A DNA stretch of 64,000 nt from the human T2T-CHM13v2.0 reference genome, Homo sapiens: NCBI RefSeq assembly GCF_009914755.1, contig NC_060935.1; one strand, given 5' to 3'. This document shows, piece after piece, positions 27,500 to 43,819 of this stretch. Within the stretch, counting starts at the first letter, position 1. The number at the start of each line of letters is the position of its first letter. Under the pieces are notes generated by a model. It had not been told where the DNA came from. It saw nothing but the letters and a program-made list of their open reading frames with translations, and searched no databases. A program made the position numbers and the translations under genes.

Positions 27500-29210
27500 A
27501 AAGAAACTTCTCGCAAACACAGCCAGGTGAAGTGATCATGCACACCTCCAACAGAAAGCAATTATTTAAATCTAGGTATACTATAAAAAACAACTATTTA
27601 AAAGCACTTGAAAGTGTCCAAAAGCAGACAGTAGTGAAAGAAGAGCTTACTCTTGAAAAACTACAACTAGAAGCAACAGAATCACGAGTTCAGTTTGAAG
27701 TTTTTTTGCTGAGTGGCCTCCCCATCCCTCACAAATATGGTGAAGGAAACCAGGCAGCCACACAGCTCAAAGTGGCAGAGAAAACCTCAGAGCTGAAATT
27801 TCAGGTAGATGTAGTGGAAGTGAAAGAAACAAAGAAAAGTGCAGGCCCAAAATCTGAGCATAAACTCTGCTCAAATCCCTGGCTGATAGCTAAAATACAC
27901 ATGTACGGGAGGTAGGGGAGGGACATCAGGTAGCCTGGCAGAAAAAGCAGGCAGAGACCATAGAGAACTCTGCCCTTGAAAGCTGCATGGCATGAGACAT
28001 GATTTTGATGCTTTCTAAGCTGAATGTATTCCCCAACTGTATACACCTCCAGCAGCAGAAAGCTGAATCCCTTACTGGTTAGGGTATCAGAGGACAAAGA
28101 CCACCACTAGCAGGTAAAGATTAAGAGGGAATTCCCAGAAGTAAAGAACCCACAGAGAGGGTGAATTCCAAAATGTGAGTACAATCTCTGCCCAAATTCT
28201 TGGCTGACCACCAAATTACAGGTGCAGAAAAGCCTTCCCTTTGCCCTGACCCCCAGGAAAACAAGCTAAAAAAGTAAGTAGTTGGAAGAAGTAAGAAATA
28301 AGCACAGATGGCAGCTGCTATACACTTCAGGGGAAACAAGTTTGCAGTTTGAATCCAAGCAAGTTAACATTCTCTAAAACAATAACAAAACAACAACAAC
28401 AAGTCCTCATAAAAATATTACAATGTCCAGGTTTCAACCAAAAATTATAAGACATGCAAAAAATTAAAACAGTAAAAGGCAGAAAACAGAAACTGACTCC
28501 AAGTTGGCCCAGATGTTAGATTTAGCAAACAAAGACTTCAAAGCACCTATTATAAATATATTCAAACAATTAAAGAAAAAGCCTATACAAAGAACTAAAA
28601 GAAGAGCACTGTCTTGACGACTGACACAAAGGGCATCTCAGTAGAGAGGTGCCAACTGTCAAAAGAAATGGAAATTCAGCTCTAGCTGAAAAGAACAATA
28701 ACTAGAATGAAAAATTAGATGGGTACAATGGCATATGGAGATAACAAAAAAAACCATCAGGGAACTTGGAAAACAGATCAATAGAAACTACCCAATCCAT
28801 AGAATAAAGAGCAAGAAAGATTGAAGAAAATTGAAAAGAGATTCAGAGACAGGAGGGACAGTATCTAATAATAAAGGTAGGTAAGTTATTGAATACACAC
28901 AAAACATGAATGAATCTTAAAAGCATTAGATAAGTGAAAGAAGCCAGACTCAAAGGTTACATACCATATGATTTCATATGTATGAAAGACAAAACTATAA
29001 AGACAAAACTATAAAGACAGAGAACAGATCAGCCAGGAGTTAAGGCTGAAGTGATTACACAGGGACAGCACAAAGTAATTTTGGTGAGTGATGAACTATT
29101 CTGTACCTTAATTGTGGTAGTGGTAAACACCTGTATGCTTTTATCAAAACTGACAGAACTGTATATCAGAAAGAAATAATTTTATTGCATTTAAATTTTA
29201 AAAGAAAAAA
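27500..29210 (+). mobile_element. Old L1M 5'UTR/ORF1 remnant and L1ME 3' fragment
   Basis: Repeated ctctgcccaaattcttggctgac units, ORF1-like cagatgttagatttagcaaacaaagacttc and 3'UTR motifs. Confidence 0.7.
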
Positions 29211-30511
29211 TCAGCAATGATTTTAATTAATACATAAAAGCAGCATCAAATATATCAGCAAGGCATAATGAAACCACTTTTTGATCAAAAACCCCAATCA
29301 CACTGTCTCATTACCATAGCAAGCATACTTAATAGCCATCCTTCCACTGCCACAAACGACATACATAAACTTTTGATAAGGAAAACTGGTGAGTTTTCAT
29401 TTCTACTTCTGCCACAACAGTGAGTAATGAAGACGTTTTAGAATCAGAAAAAAACCTGTATAACTGTGTAAAAGTTTATTAACATTCAAGACCGCAATTT
29501 CCTTAAACGTGAAATGAAGAAAATAACACAATTCTCATTATTTAATCTATTATTATTTTAACCATCAAACTGTTAGACAGGATACCTTATATAACACAGT
29601 GCTAGGCACAATGCTTACTGTCTTTAGTAGGCAACCTAATATAAATTTTGTGTATATTTTATTAGTTCATTCATGACTAAAAGTTTTAAGATTTTGCTCA
29701 GCCCTTGTTTAATTATACATGGTATAATTACACATGGTATAACTACACTAATACACACATATATACATAATGAATACATCTCCTTTCTCTCCCTGACATG
29801 ATACACAGTATTATTTGTCCTAGAAAAAATCTAGAACCAATCTAAATGTTCATCTAGTTTATCGGTTAAAACTCTGCACAATATATCATGCAACCAGTAA
29901 AAATAAGATATATAGATACAGATACAGAAAATATTTCAAAATATATTGTTAAGCTAAAAAGCAAGACACAGATATGCATTATGTAATCCCATATTTACAC
30001 ACAAGAAAAACAAAAACAAAAAAACAGAAAAAAGAAAATTTAAAAATTAAATACACATACACACACACACTCATCCATGCTTGTATATGTTAAGATAAAA
30101 TGTCTAGAAATATCACATAAAATTAAAACTAGTTGCCTCTGAGAAAATGCTGGAATAAGGAGACTTACTTTTTGTTGTATCCCTTCATACTACTTGAATT
30201 TTCTACATATTATTTTCAAAATGATAATATTGAGGAAGGTTTATTAAAAAGTGTTTGGAGGTGATAGTGCTATAGAAATTTTCTTCCTTGTTTAATTTTA
30301 CTGCTTAAGTGTAGTTTTGTAAATTTTTTTGGATTGCTTAAATATAGTCACTACATATGCATTGATAGAATATGTTTCTGCCACATGTACCCCATTAGAC
30401 TATAAGATCCTTGAGGGCAAGAACAAAGTATGATTCAGGTTTGTGTCCCCACAGCCTAGCACAATTTGTATGTAAGCTTTTACAAAATGTTAACTACATT
30501 AAGAAGAAAGA

Positions 30512-30850
<339 letters not shown>

Positions 30851-31309
30851 TTACTAGTGCAGAGGAAATAAGAATTACAAAGATTTATAAGCAGTCTTTA
30901 ACTTTTAGTTGTCTTAAGAGAATACTGTCATATACCTGTACTCATGTTTTAGTTATTGCAAAGAGCACCAATCATGTGACTCTCACTCTCAAATAAGCAA
31001 AAATTATAACAATTCAATTTCTAATGCTCTCAGGAAATACATATCAAGATAGTGGGGATAAAAGACAGAAAATATCACATCCCTGAAAACATTTTTCAAG
31101 CTATTACCAAACAAGCCCTAAGTTTCCCCAAAACATTCCTCAAAGATGTGCCTATTTAAATCTCACAGAAGCCCTTTCAATTGTTAAGGCTTGACCTTTT
31201 CTGATTTGTTACAGTTAAAACAAGACAAGCTTAGCTGAGAACTTTATTCAGGATATTTTTATAACCAATTGAATTGTAAGTATCTAATTTCACCATATAA
31301 AATTAAAGT

Positions 31310-31445
31310 GGCCAGGTATGGTGGCATGCACCTATAATCCCACCTACTTGGTAGGCTGAGACAGGAGGATTGCTTGAACCCAAGAGTTCAAGGCAAGCCT
31401 GGGTAACATAATGAGACCCCCAGGTCTAAAAATAAAAAAATAAAT
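31310..31445 (+). mobile_element. FLAM (Alu monomer)
   Basis: Single arm with A-rich tail. Confidence 0.85.
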
Positions 31446-31576
31446 TAAATAAAAATTTTAAAATTAAAAAGATTTTTAAAAATAAAATAAAATTTATTTA
31501 TTCTTTCATTCAAAATTTATTTATTGAGTACTTAAGCACCTTTCAGGCATTTTGATAACTGCTAGGGAGACTCTAA

Positions 31577-31971
<395 letters not shown>

Positions 31972-32949
31972 TGATCTCTAATTCACCAAGATGTTAAGAC
32001 TTCCAAAGTCAGCTCAGTCAACCCTTAATGTTCCAGAGGTGATTTGGATATAAAATCTTTGTGCTAATTGATTTTATCACTTTTATAGAATTTCTATTCA
32101 AATTTTGCTGACTTCTTAATTAACACATTAACACTTCAATAAATGAAGTGTTATTCATTTGTTTCTTTCCCATCACAAACAGCTCAATAAATGTTTGAAA
32201 ATCTTTCCATATTTTAAGCATTTACAAAGTACCTACATTACATGATTAGCATTGTTAAGTAACTAGACACTGTTTAGTTTATAGGCTACCTTCTTAAAAC
32301 TCAAAAGGCATATTTTTTTAATATCCTAAAGAAATAACAATGTTTTAATTTTCTACTATGACCAAAAAGTGTTGACTTCAAAACCAGAAACACCTTAGTT
32401 GAAGCAAACCATCTTGACATAATATCAATTAATACAGGCAATGCTCCTGAAGCTGATGCCTAAATCAAAGGAGATTATGGTCAACTCCTAAGAAGCAACA
32501 CCCTTTAAACAAAGTCAGACAATATTTTAAACAATATTTTTTCCTTCCATGATGCTTTATGTTTTTTCATATAACCTTTATTATGCTGTTCCATTTTGAC
32601 CTATTCATTATTCCCCTTACCTTCCATTCCTTTCCGATTTTTGTCTATCAGCCATCAATTCAACAGGCTAGTAAAGGCTCTATTAAATATGATTCAAGTT
32701 CTAGACTGTAGCACTCACTGCTCAGCGCGACTTTCCATTATCACAACAGTGTGATAATGGAAATGTTCTACGTCTGCACTGTCCGAAAAGTTTAAGGAAT
32801 CTAAAATTTGCCCTGAGACAAAACACTTGCTCACAAAGAAACATTTTACACATCTTTGTGTCTTGGTACTATAGGTAGCATTCCACTTTAATAAAATTAA
32901 AAATGTTGTTATATTCAAAGATCTTTGAATTAAGGTTCATTTCAATAAT

Positions 32950-34500
<1,551 letters not shown>

Positions 34501-34760
34501 TTAATAAGGGGTGTATGTAATATTCATATGTGTATGTATGTATCTGTGTACACACATATATTTCTGACTGGAAGCAATTATCACTGAGTCATGGGATTAT
34601 GGTACCATTTTCTTCTTTGCCCTTTGCTAAATGTTCCCAGTTGCATGTAATACCCATTACTTTTACAGTCAGAAAGAAATTACTCCAAATAAATCTATTT
34701 TTATAGGAAATTTTTCAAACTACTCATCATAAAACAGTTTCAAAATTAACAGCCATTCAA

Positions 34761-34898
34761 GCTGAGTGTGGCGGTATGTGCCTATAATCCCAACTACTTG
34801 GGAGGCTGGGGTGAGAGGATCACTTGAGCCCAGAAGTTCAAGGTCAGCCTGGACAACATAATGAGACTCCATCTCAAAAAAAAAAAAAAAAAAAAAAA
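34761..34898 (+). mobile_element. FLAM with poly(A)
   Basis: Single Alu arm with a long A run. Confidence 0.88.
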
Positions 34899-35558
34899 CT
34901 GTTCCAGTCTACTGTTAAATAATATCATTCACTAGGGAAGCAAAGATGATCAAAGATGCCATACCACTTTAAAATATGGCAGTTTTTCCTTTTCTTAATA
35001 TGTTGAGTTCAAGTAACACGGACAGCTGTATATATGTATATTTATAAACAATGCACATATACTATCACACCAGTATTATGTATATAGTACACACACACAC
35101 GAAATGGAAATTTAAAAAGGATACAGTAAAAAATAAATAGAAGTTCTATTGTTTTCTTCATACAGCACAATGAACAAGTTTTTCATATATCCCCAAAAGC
35201 ACATGCAACCCACTAGGGGGAATCACTGGAACAAACTACTCCAAATCAGGAAACTTGTGGATTTGTATTCTAGTCTCAGCTGTCTTACTGCCTGCCAATA
35301 TCTTTGATCAAAATCAGTTAAGGGGCTTGATTTGCACTTTAGTTTTCTCTTCCAAAAATTGGAGTATTAATGGTTTTAAAGTTACTTTCAGTATTATGGT
35401 TTCATAATCCCACCAGTCTCTCTAATAATTATTCTCTTTTAAAAGAGAAACTCCAACAATTTGGAAAACTAAGTAAGAAACAAGAATGTCTCGCAGTTAA
35501 CCATCTTACAGGAGGTTATGGTCTTCTCTAAGAAAATTCTAAATGAACAAATGAATAG

Positions 35559-36096
<538 letters not shown>

Positions 36097-39000
36097 GGCT
36101 GATTGCTACATTCTTTAGCAAACTAGGTCTCAGTTTCAAGGATCTCAAAGTAAACCCGAGCAAGATACACTAGGGGAAATGCAACATTGGCTTGAACCCT
36201 GATGAAGAATCTATTAAAAAGGGAGAAAAATTTTAATAGTTCTTTCTCCATTAACAGGAGAAGGTAACATCTGTATCTTCCTGACCCGCCTTACTTTCGG
36301 TTCAGAATCAACAAAAAATAAAGGATCCAAACAGATGATGGTAAAAATATAACTAAATCCAACGTGCAAAAACCCTTATTACTTCAACTGCAAATTAAAC
36401 TTACCCAGTTAGAACTGTAGGCATTCCATTTCCTTCTCCCTCATAGTATTAGTAGTCCAGCCTGCTCAGATAAGCCTACCATACAAATGAATAGACAATG
36501 TATAGCCTAAGAATTGAGAGTCCCAAAAATTGAATCATAAGGCACTGAACAAAAGTATACTCAATCCCTTCCCTTAGCCTCCCCTGATCCTCCTTTGGGA
36601 TGGCAACTCAGGGGATGGGAAGAAGCGGAAAGCTATTTCCAAAAAAGAACTTCCTACTTTATGAGTCATGGTAGAAACAAGTAAAGACGAAAATAATGGT
36701 TCCCCCTTCAACAAGCACAATCTTCTCAAATATAAAACAAATTCCTCAGAAGTAGTCTTATAACTCTTCAACAGGAGCACCTCACAAACATAATACATAT
36801 CTCCTCTTCTTTCATTTCCTATTTCAGAGAGAGGCAGAGATTGAATGAACAGATATTAGCCTAGCTTGGCCTGAGATGACTGAGCTAAAATGAAGAAAAG
36901 AAAATCTGCAAATTCCCATAGCAGTCCTGATTAAAAACCAGTATTCTATGTAGTCTCTGCACAAGTTATGATAAATTTAGCCACAAAAGGCAGACCTCTT
37001 TTTAAAACTGCACAATACACAAATGGGTACTTAATCATTTCATCTTCCTTTTCAAAATTCTCTCCCTTACCTAACTTCCTCTCTCACCCTTATCCCAAGT
37101 GAAGACCCCCAACTTGCCCTCTATATGCCTAAAAAACACCTCTTACTTAGCTTTGACCTCTAGCACTCCCATTCCCCATAACCCAACTAGTTATGAATCA
37201 GATTATGTGATTAAATTACTTCACATTAATGGGTAAATGAGGCTTAATCCACAAAGGTCAATTCCACACGTCATTAAACTCTACTATGTATAAGGCACTA
37301 AGTTTAATCAATTAATATACCTATCCTTCTTACAAGAAAAACTAACACAAATCAATCTTTTAATGAACAATGTAAGGAAGGGGCACAAGAGTGTTTGCTT
37401 CACATCACACTTTCTCCACCCAGTTCTTTCCATCCTGTTGCCAAACCCCTCCAATCTCCATCTGGCATGGAATAAAATCCAAGGGATCAGTATTTCTTCC
37501 AGTAAGTCAATGCCTAGGAAGACAATGTGGGATAGCACAGCAAACAATAAACATTCAAATCCTGAAATGGACTGTAGAGGGTCTCTTGTATTTAATTTTA
37601 TATATTAGCTGCAAATACAATAAAGAGCTTCTAAATAATTCAATTTCTGTACAAGATACCTATAAATCAGCTTTGCTCAGAACTCTGAGTTTTTAAACCA
37701 TAAATACTGAGATGCTTTTTCTTCAGTTATTTCCACAGTTAAAACGTTTATAGTAAATACCAGTTCAAATTGCCCTACTATAACTATACTTAAAGGCTAT
37801 TAAACTTAACTACTGTTTTCAATTAGATGTGACATTTTTCCCAAGACCCCTTAAGTTTGAAACTCCAAACTTGCTTTAAACCTCCTTTTTTTCCAGTCAT
37901 AAAATTTATTAATTTTGATTTATAACAGAGCTTCTAAACTGGAGAGGAGAATACAACTATGGACAGGTTTGGATTTGATTCAGTCACATGATATTTTTAA
38001 TGGTTTTAATTAGTTGTCAATATTTTTAAGACGCAAGACACTGAATGCAAAAATCTAGATTTCCGAGTTCTCTTGAGAATGCTGAAGATGGGGTCCATAT
38101 TCTTATATAGCACTGATTAGGGGGACCTGAGACTTGGATGTCTCTCTGATAAGGCATAGTGCATTTCCCTCATTTTCATTATCTAACTAGTACCCGAAGG
38201 CATGTGAGTTTGTTGCTCATGCTATGGCTTTGAAAGGTGCACAATATTTTCCATATCACTTCCATACTTCCCTAAGTCACCTATTATAAAAAGCCAAAAG
38301 CAGACCACAGTGGTTTGCAACTCCATAGTTAATAATTTAAAAAATTCACATGGCTTAGAGGGAGTGAGAAAGAAGAAAATTCAGACTGGTGGAAGGGTAA
38401 CATAATTACATAGGGTTAAAAGTCTATCTGAAAGCTTTTCTGGGAGTGAGAAAAAAGGTGAACGAACACAAAAACATTGTTGAAACACTAAAAGCTTTCC
38501 TGATTGAACACTGTTACTCTCTGGTGGTTCCTTACCACATTCCATGCTTCAGAAACTTCCTTCCTACTTTGTATGTATTAATATAATAGCTGTTAGGTCA
38601 TACACGCTGAGAAATATTGGGAAAATTTATAAAACACATTTACATCATCAGAAATAATTCTTCTCACACTTTTTTTTTTTTTTTTTTTACCAGTCTTGGT
38701 CCACTTTCAAATCCCTTCCCAAGTATTTTCTACTGCTTTCCGCTTTATATTCAAATGACAACTGCAGTCCTGGGTTTCAGGACTGAACTTCAATCCTGGA
38801 CAGGCTCTCTAATACAGAAACTCTTTTGGCCGTTATGGCTGCATTCTTTATTATATCTCTTATTCCGATTTCCACAGTCTCTTTCATTGAAAATTTATCC
38901 CTAACCCCCTCTCTAAAAGATTTTGATCAAATTTGTGTAGTTGGGGGGTTGGGAGGATAGGGGCGGGAAGGAACTCAGTTGTCCAAATACAATTAATATC

Positions 39001-39830
39001 CTGTGCTGTTTCATTTAGATTGCTAATTTAAATAAAAAGCATGAAAACTCTGCAAGATAATAAATCTTCGTAAAATAATCTTGTTTACTAAGTGCACAAA
39101 GCCACAAGCAAGTGAAGCTCTATCTTTCAGCATGTCTGGACTAGTGACTTTTCATCATGGACTCAGAATACTGAGAAAGGAGAAGCAGGAAATCTGTGAG
39201 GCCCAGGGACAGTCACACTGGCCCACACTAACAAATTACTAACCGATGTCTCACCTTCCCCCGCCCCATTCCCAAAGATAAGGGTGTCAGGGCACCTGCA
39301 TCTGAAGAAGAAAGACATCAGAACCTTTTCCGTGCAAGTTTTAAGAAAACAAAGCTTTACCACACGTAAAATGGTTACAACATAAAACCACGCAGCACGT
39401 TAGTGGGGTCTCACTCCTCTTCACCCAGAGGGAGGCTGCCCACCACCTTATCCCCTATTGTGATGCGCCTTCCTCAGGATGTCGCTGCGTTCGTCTGAGA
39501 TGACAGGAAAGGGGCGGGGCACGGGGTTCCTCTGCCCTGGAAAGGGATGAGGGTATCGCCTTCATCCCCGGAGAAAGGCCCCCGGACTCCCAACCCAAAA
39601 GCAGCAGCCGCAAAACTCAAGTCTTATCCCGGCCTCTCCTAATTGGGTGCTCGTGGCCGGAGCCCAAAACGCCACCCACGGTACCCGAGCAGGGTCCGGC
39701 CGCCCAGACCACCGCCGCAGCAGCCTGGCTCTCACGCCCAGATTCGCCCTCCGCCCCTTTCCTCTTTCGCCCCGGCCAAGCCCAGCCTCCCGCGCCGCCC
39801 CCGCCGAGTTCCCCAGCTGAGTCCACTCAC

Positions 39831-40030
39831 TCTCGAACCTGTAGTCCCCCTTCAGTGCCCACACAAGATTGGGGCAAAGGCCGGGGCCAGTGACACCTCC
39901 ACTTCCTCCTCAGCCAGATCCCTCCGGAGGTGGCTGTGGAGGAAGCCACTGAGGCGGCTGCGCGTAGCGGAGCCGCCCCGGCAGGTTGCAGGCCGGCTCC
40001 TCAGCCTCTTACCGCGAGAGCTCACAATGC
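39831..40030 (-). other. BTBD10: BTBD10 non-coding exon 1 (5' boundary approximate)
   Basis: Donor GAGA|gtgagt at 39831 inside the CpG island, followed by a G-rich intron start. Confidence 0.8.
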
Positions 40031-40049
40031 GAAGAGGCGAGGCCAGCAG

Positions 40050-40065
40050 CGTTCTCGCGAGAACG
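40050..40065. promoter_or_regulatory. CGCG element (BANP/ZBTB33-type motif) inside the perfect 16-bp palindrome CGTTCTCGCGAGAACG
   Basis: Exact consensus seen; a degenerate second copy TACCGCGAGA lies at ~40010-40019. Confidence 0.85.
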
Positions 40066-41550
40066 GTGCTCTCCGCCCAGGGGTGGGCGGGGCACCGAAG
40101 GAGAAGGCAGTTGAGGGCGCGGCGGCCACGGGTGGGATCTCAGGCGCGTGGAGAGGAAGGCGCCGCGCGACCTCTCCTCACAGACATCAGCTCGGGTCAA
40201 CCGCGGGCCTCGAGCCCGAGTGGCTGAGGGCTGTTACCTTCAAACCTTTGAATCCCACGTTTTCCCCTTGACTTCCTGTCACCGTTAGAGAAAAGTGGAC
40301 AGCGTCTCGGTCACAGAGTTGGAGAAATAGTGCAGGGACTCTTCAGGGAGAGCGTTTTCCTCATCAAAGCAAACTGCAAAATCGCTTCTGCCGGCGTGGA
40401 CCTGATGAGAGTCGGTCGTCGTGAGGGACACCCTCTGTTCCCTAACGTCCCCCGCTGCTTATTTTTAAACGCTCGGTTGGCGGGAACCCCTGTGCCAGCT
40501 GAAACTCCTTCAGTTTGGCCGCCTAGGAAACACCGAGAGTCACCTACATGGGCTGGCTGGGCAATAAAAACGGGAAAAAATGTAAAAGACACAGTCTCCG
40601 CCTTCGAAGCTTACACCCCCGGGGCAAGACCTACAGGAAAATAGATAATCCCATTATTCTCTGATAAAAGCCGAGCTGCTTGCCATGAGCTCTGGGAGCA
40701 GACGGGGAGGCCTTGTTGAGAAAGCCTTCACCTGGGAGTGACAATTGCGCTGAATCTTAAGCATAAGTAAGTTCTCCAGTTTAGGGAAGAGAGGGAAGGG
40801 CATTGCAAGGAGAGGAAGCAAAGAGGAAGAGGACCTGGTTTGAGTAATTGGGTATGAAAACAGATATTGCAGCAAGAACTTTGTTGAAAAACCTTTAACC
40901 ACTGTTTAGTTCGGATGAGAACATTCCCAGGCTCCTACGTGTGATACGCAAAGTATTTTCCAAATCAGTGTTTATGCTAAGAAGATGAGCAGTTGAGCTG
41001 GACAATTATAAGATAACTTCATCTTTCTCCTGTAAGGACACTTAAATATCAGAAACCTAAGAGAAACGGGTTATTGTCGTAATTCACTAAGTTATTATAG
41101 CCAACATTTTGCTAAATTGGAAATTGCCAATAATTTCAAGTTGTCTACATAAGAGCAATCTAATAGGAATTTTGTGATACAGTTTCTCAGAGAAACTCTG
41201 AGAAAATTCTCAGGCAAAAAACAAAAACGTCATCAGTCCTGATTTATTATCAAAATTTTCTCCTATAAGCTCTGCTCAGAAGAAGTCATTCTGTAGTCCA
41301 AGTTAGGGCTAATGAGGAGCCATACTCTTACATCAAAATAGAAGCTGTCCTTTTCTAAAGAAAGACTCTGGTATTTTGCTGTAGTTTCCACTCACCTTCC
41401 TTTGGACACATTATTTTCATATTACATATAAAAATATGTATACTATATGAAAAATACTATGTATACTATAGTTTTATTTGGCTTACTATACTCTCCCTAC
41501 GAATAAGCCCAACACTTAGGAGGAAAACAAAAAAGTTATTCTAACCCTGC

Positions 41551-41900
41551 TGATACGGTTTGGATCTATGTCCCCACCTGACCTCTCATGTGGAATTGTA
41601 ATCCCCAGTGTTGGAGGTCGTTGGATCATGGGGGCAGATTTCCCTGTTTTTGCCATTCTGGTGATAGTGAGTTCTGGTGAAATCTGTTCTTTAAAAGTGT
41701 GTGGCGCCCCCCCACCCCCGCCCCACTCCTCCCACCATATAAGACGTGCCTGCTGTACCTTGGCTTTCTGCCATGATTGTAAGCTTCCTGAGGCCTCCCC
41801 AGAAGCCCAGCAGAAGCCGTCGGACTTCCTGTACAGCCTGCGGAGCCGTGAGCCAGTTAAACCTCTTTGTTTTATAGCAGTGCAAGAATGGACTAATGCA
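41551..41900 (+). mobile_element. MSTA-type MaLR solo LTR
   Basis: TGATACGGTTTGG...GGACTAATGCA flanked by the 5-bp TSD CCTGC. Confidence 0.92.
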
Positions 41901-42183
41901 CCTGCCATAGGCCAATTGGGTGTTCTGTTAAGCATAATTTCACATCAAGTTCTTGGAATTTTCCAGGAAGCATTAGAAGAATCATATGAATGAAAGACTT
42001 CAGGCAAAATATGGAAACTTTGTTCCATGCTGGAATCTGTTCAAACCATCATATCCTACTTGGATGGGTCCTGGAGCTCATTTCATTCTGCTGTTCTTCA
42101 AAAACAAAAGAGAATGGGAGTTGGGAGAAAATAGAAAATCGAATAAAGTTTCTACTGTTCTTTGCTTTAAAAGAAAATTAACC

Positions 42184-42560
<377 letters not shown>

Positions 42561-42946
42561 TTAGATAATCACAAATCTGCTCTACACGATAATTTGTAAA
42601 TGCTAGCTGACTGCATAGGCTAAGGTTCAGAACTTTAATGAAAGTCTTTCTTCCACACACCAAAGAGGTCCATACAGAAAGAGAAGTTTCATATAGTAGC
42701 AGTGAACAAACAAGATCGTTTGGTAGTTTGTGTTATAGCATGCTAAGGCAATATTGTTTCAAAGCAGATAAGACCACAGACCCAGAATCCTATTTAATTT
42801 TTAAAACCTGGAATTTCTTTGTACTACTAAGTTTGAGCACTGCCATCTAATGGCAGGAACAGGAAAATCACATACACGCAAAAATAACTCGATCCCTATT
42901 CAGCAAATACATTTATTAATCAAGCCCCTGTGTAAGAATACCAGAA

Positions 42947-43070
42947 GAGCTGGGCACTGTGGCACGTGCCTATAATCTCAGCACTTTGGGAGGCGGGAGG
43001 ATCACTTGACAGGAGTTCGAGACTAGCCTGGGCAACATAGCAAGACTTCTCTACAAAACTGAAAAAAATA
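42947..43070 (+). mobile_element. FLAM
   Basis: Single Alu arm. Confidence 0.8.
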
Positions 43071-43131
43071 AAAATACTAAGAGATACAGATAGTATTATA
43101 CATATTCTGACAAAATGAGATGTATAATTAA

Positions 43132-43506
<375 letters not shown>

Positions 43507-43819
43507 CATAAGATTACTTATTTTTATTTTTTCTTTTTCTTTTTTTTTTTTTTTAAGAACACCACCTTTAAGGAGAGCTAGCTTGTAAGCTCCTTTTTTC
43601 AGGGGCATGGGCCTTCTCATTATCACTTCAATGGGAGAGAGCTGATGTATTCCAAGCAGGGTAGAATTTAAGCTAAGCAAATGAAAGAGTCTTAGGCCAA
43701 GGAAGGTAAGACGTTTCTGTAAGCTTTGCCAATTGATTTTGTATTTTCCATTTGTGCATCCCACCAGTCTGGAAGACTGAGGGTAGTATACACAATGGAA
43801 ATGCTAATTCATCTCATCT

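Larger units (their letters stand above)
39480..40630. promoter_or_regulatory. CpG island / probable bidirectional promoter of BTBD10
   Basis: High GC and CpG density in an otherwise AT-rich region, with GC boxes, an ETS-like ACTTCCTG (40271) and TCTCGCGAGA (40053-40062). Confidence 0.92.

Noticed and set aside
25091-27915. 142-aa and 127-aa plus-strand ORFs
   Set aside because: They lie in L2 and L1M remnants, start at non-ATG codons and show no domain.
39643-40227. 194-aa plus-strand ORF and other ORFs over the CpG island
   Set aside because: Low-complexity R/P/A/G content expected from GC-rich DNA, non-ATG start and no recognisable domain.
43521-43554. Orphan T-tract next to an Alu, possibly the tail of another retrocopy
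   Set aside because: No recognisable element body or second TSD beside it.
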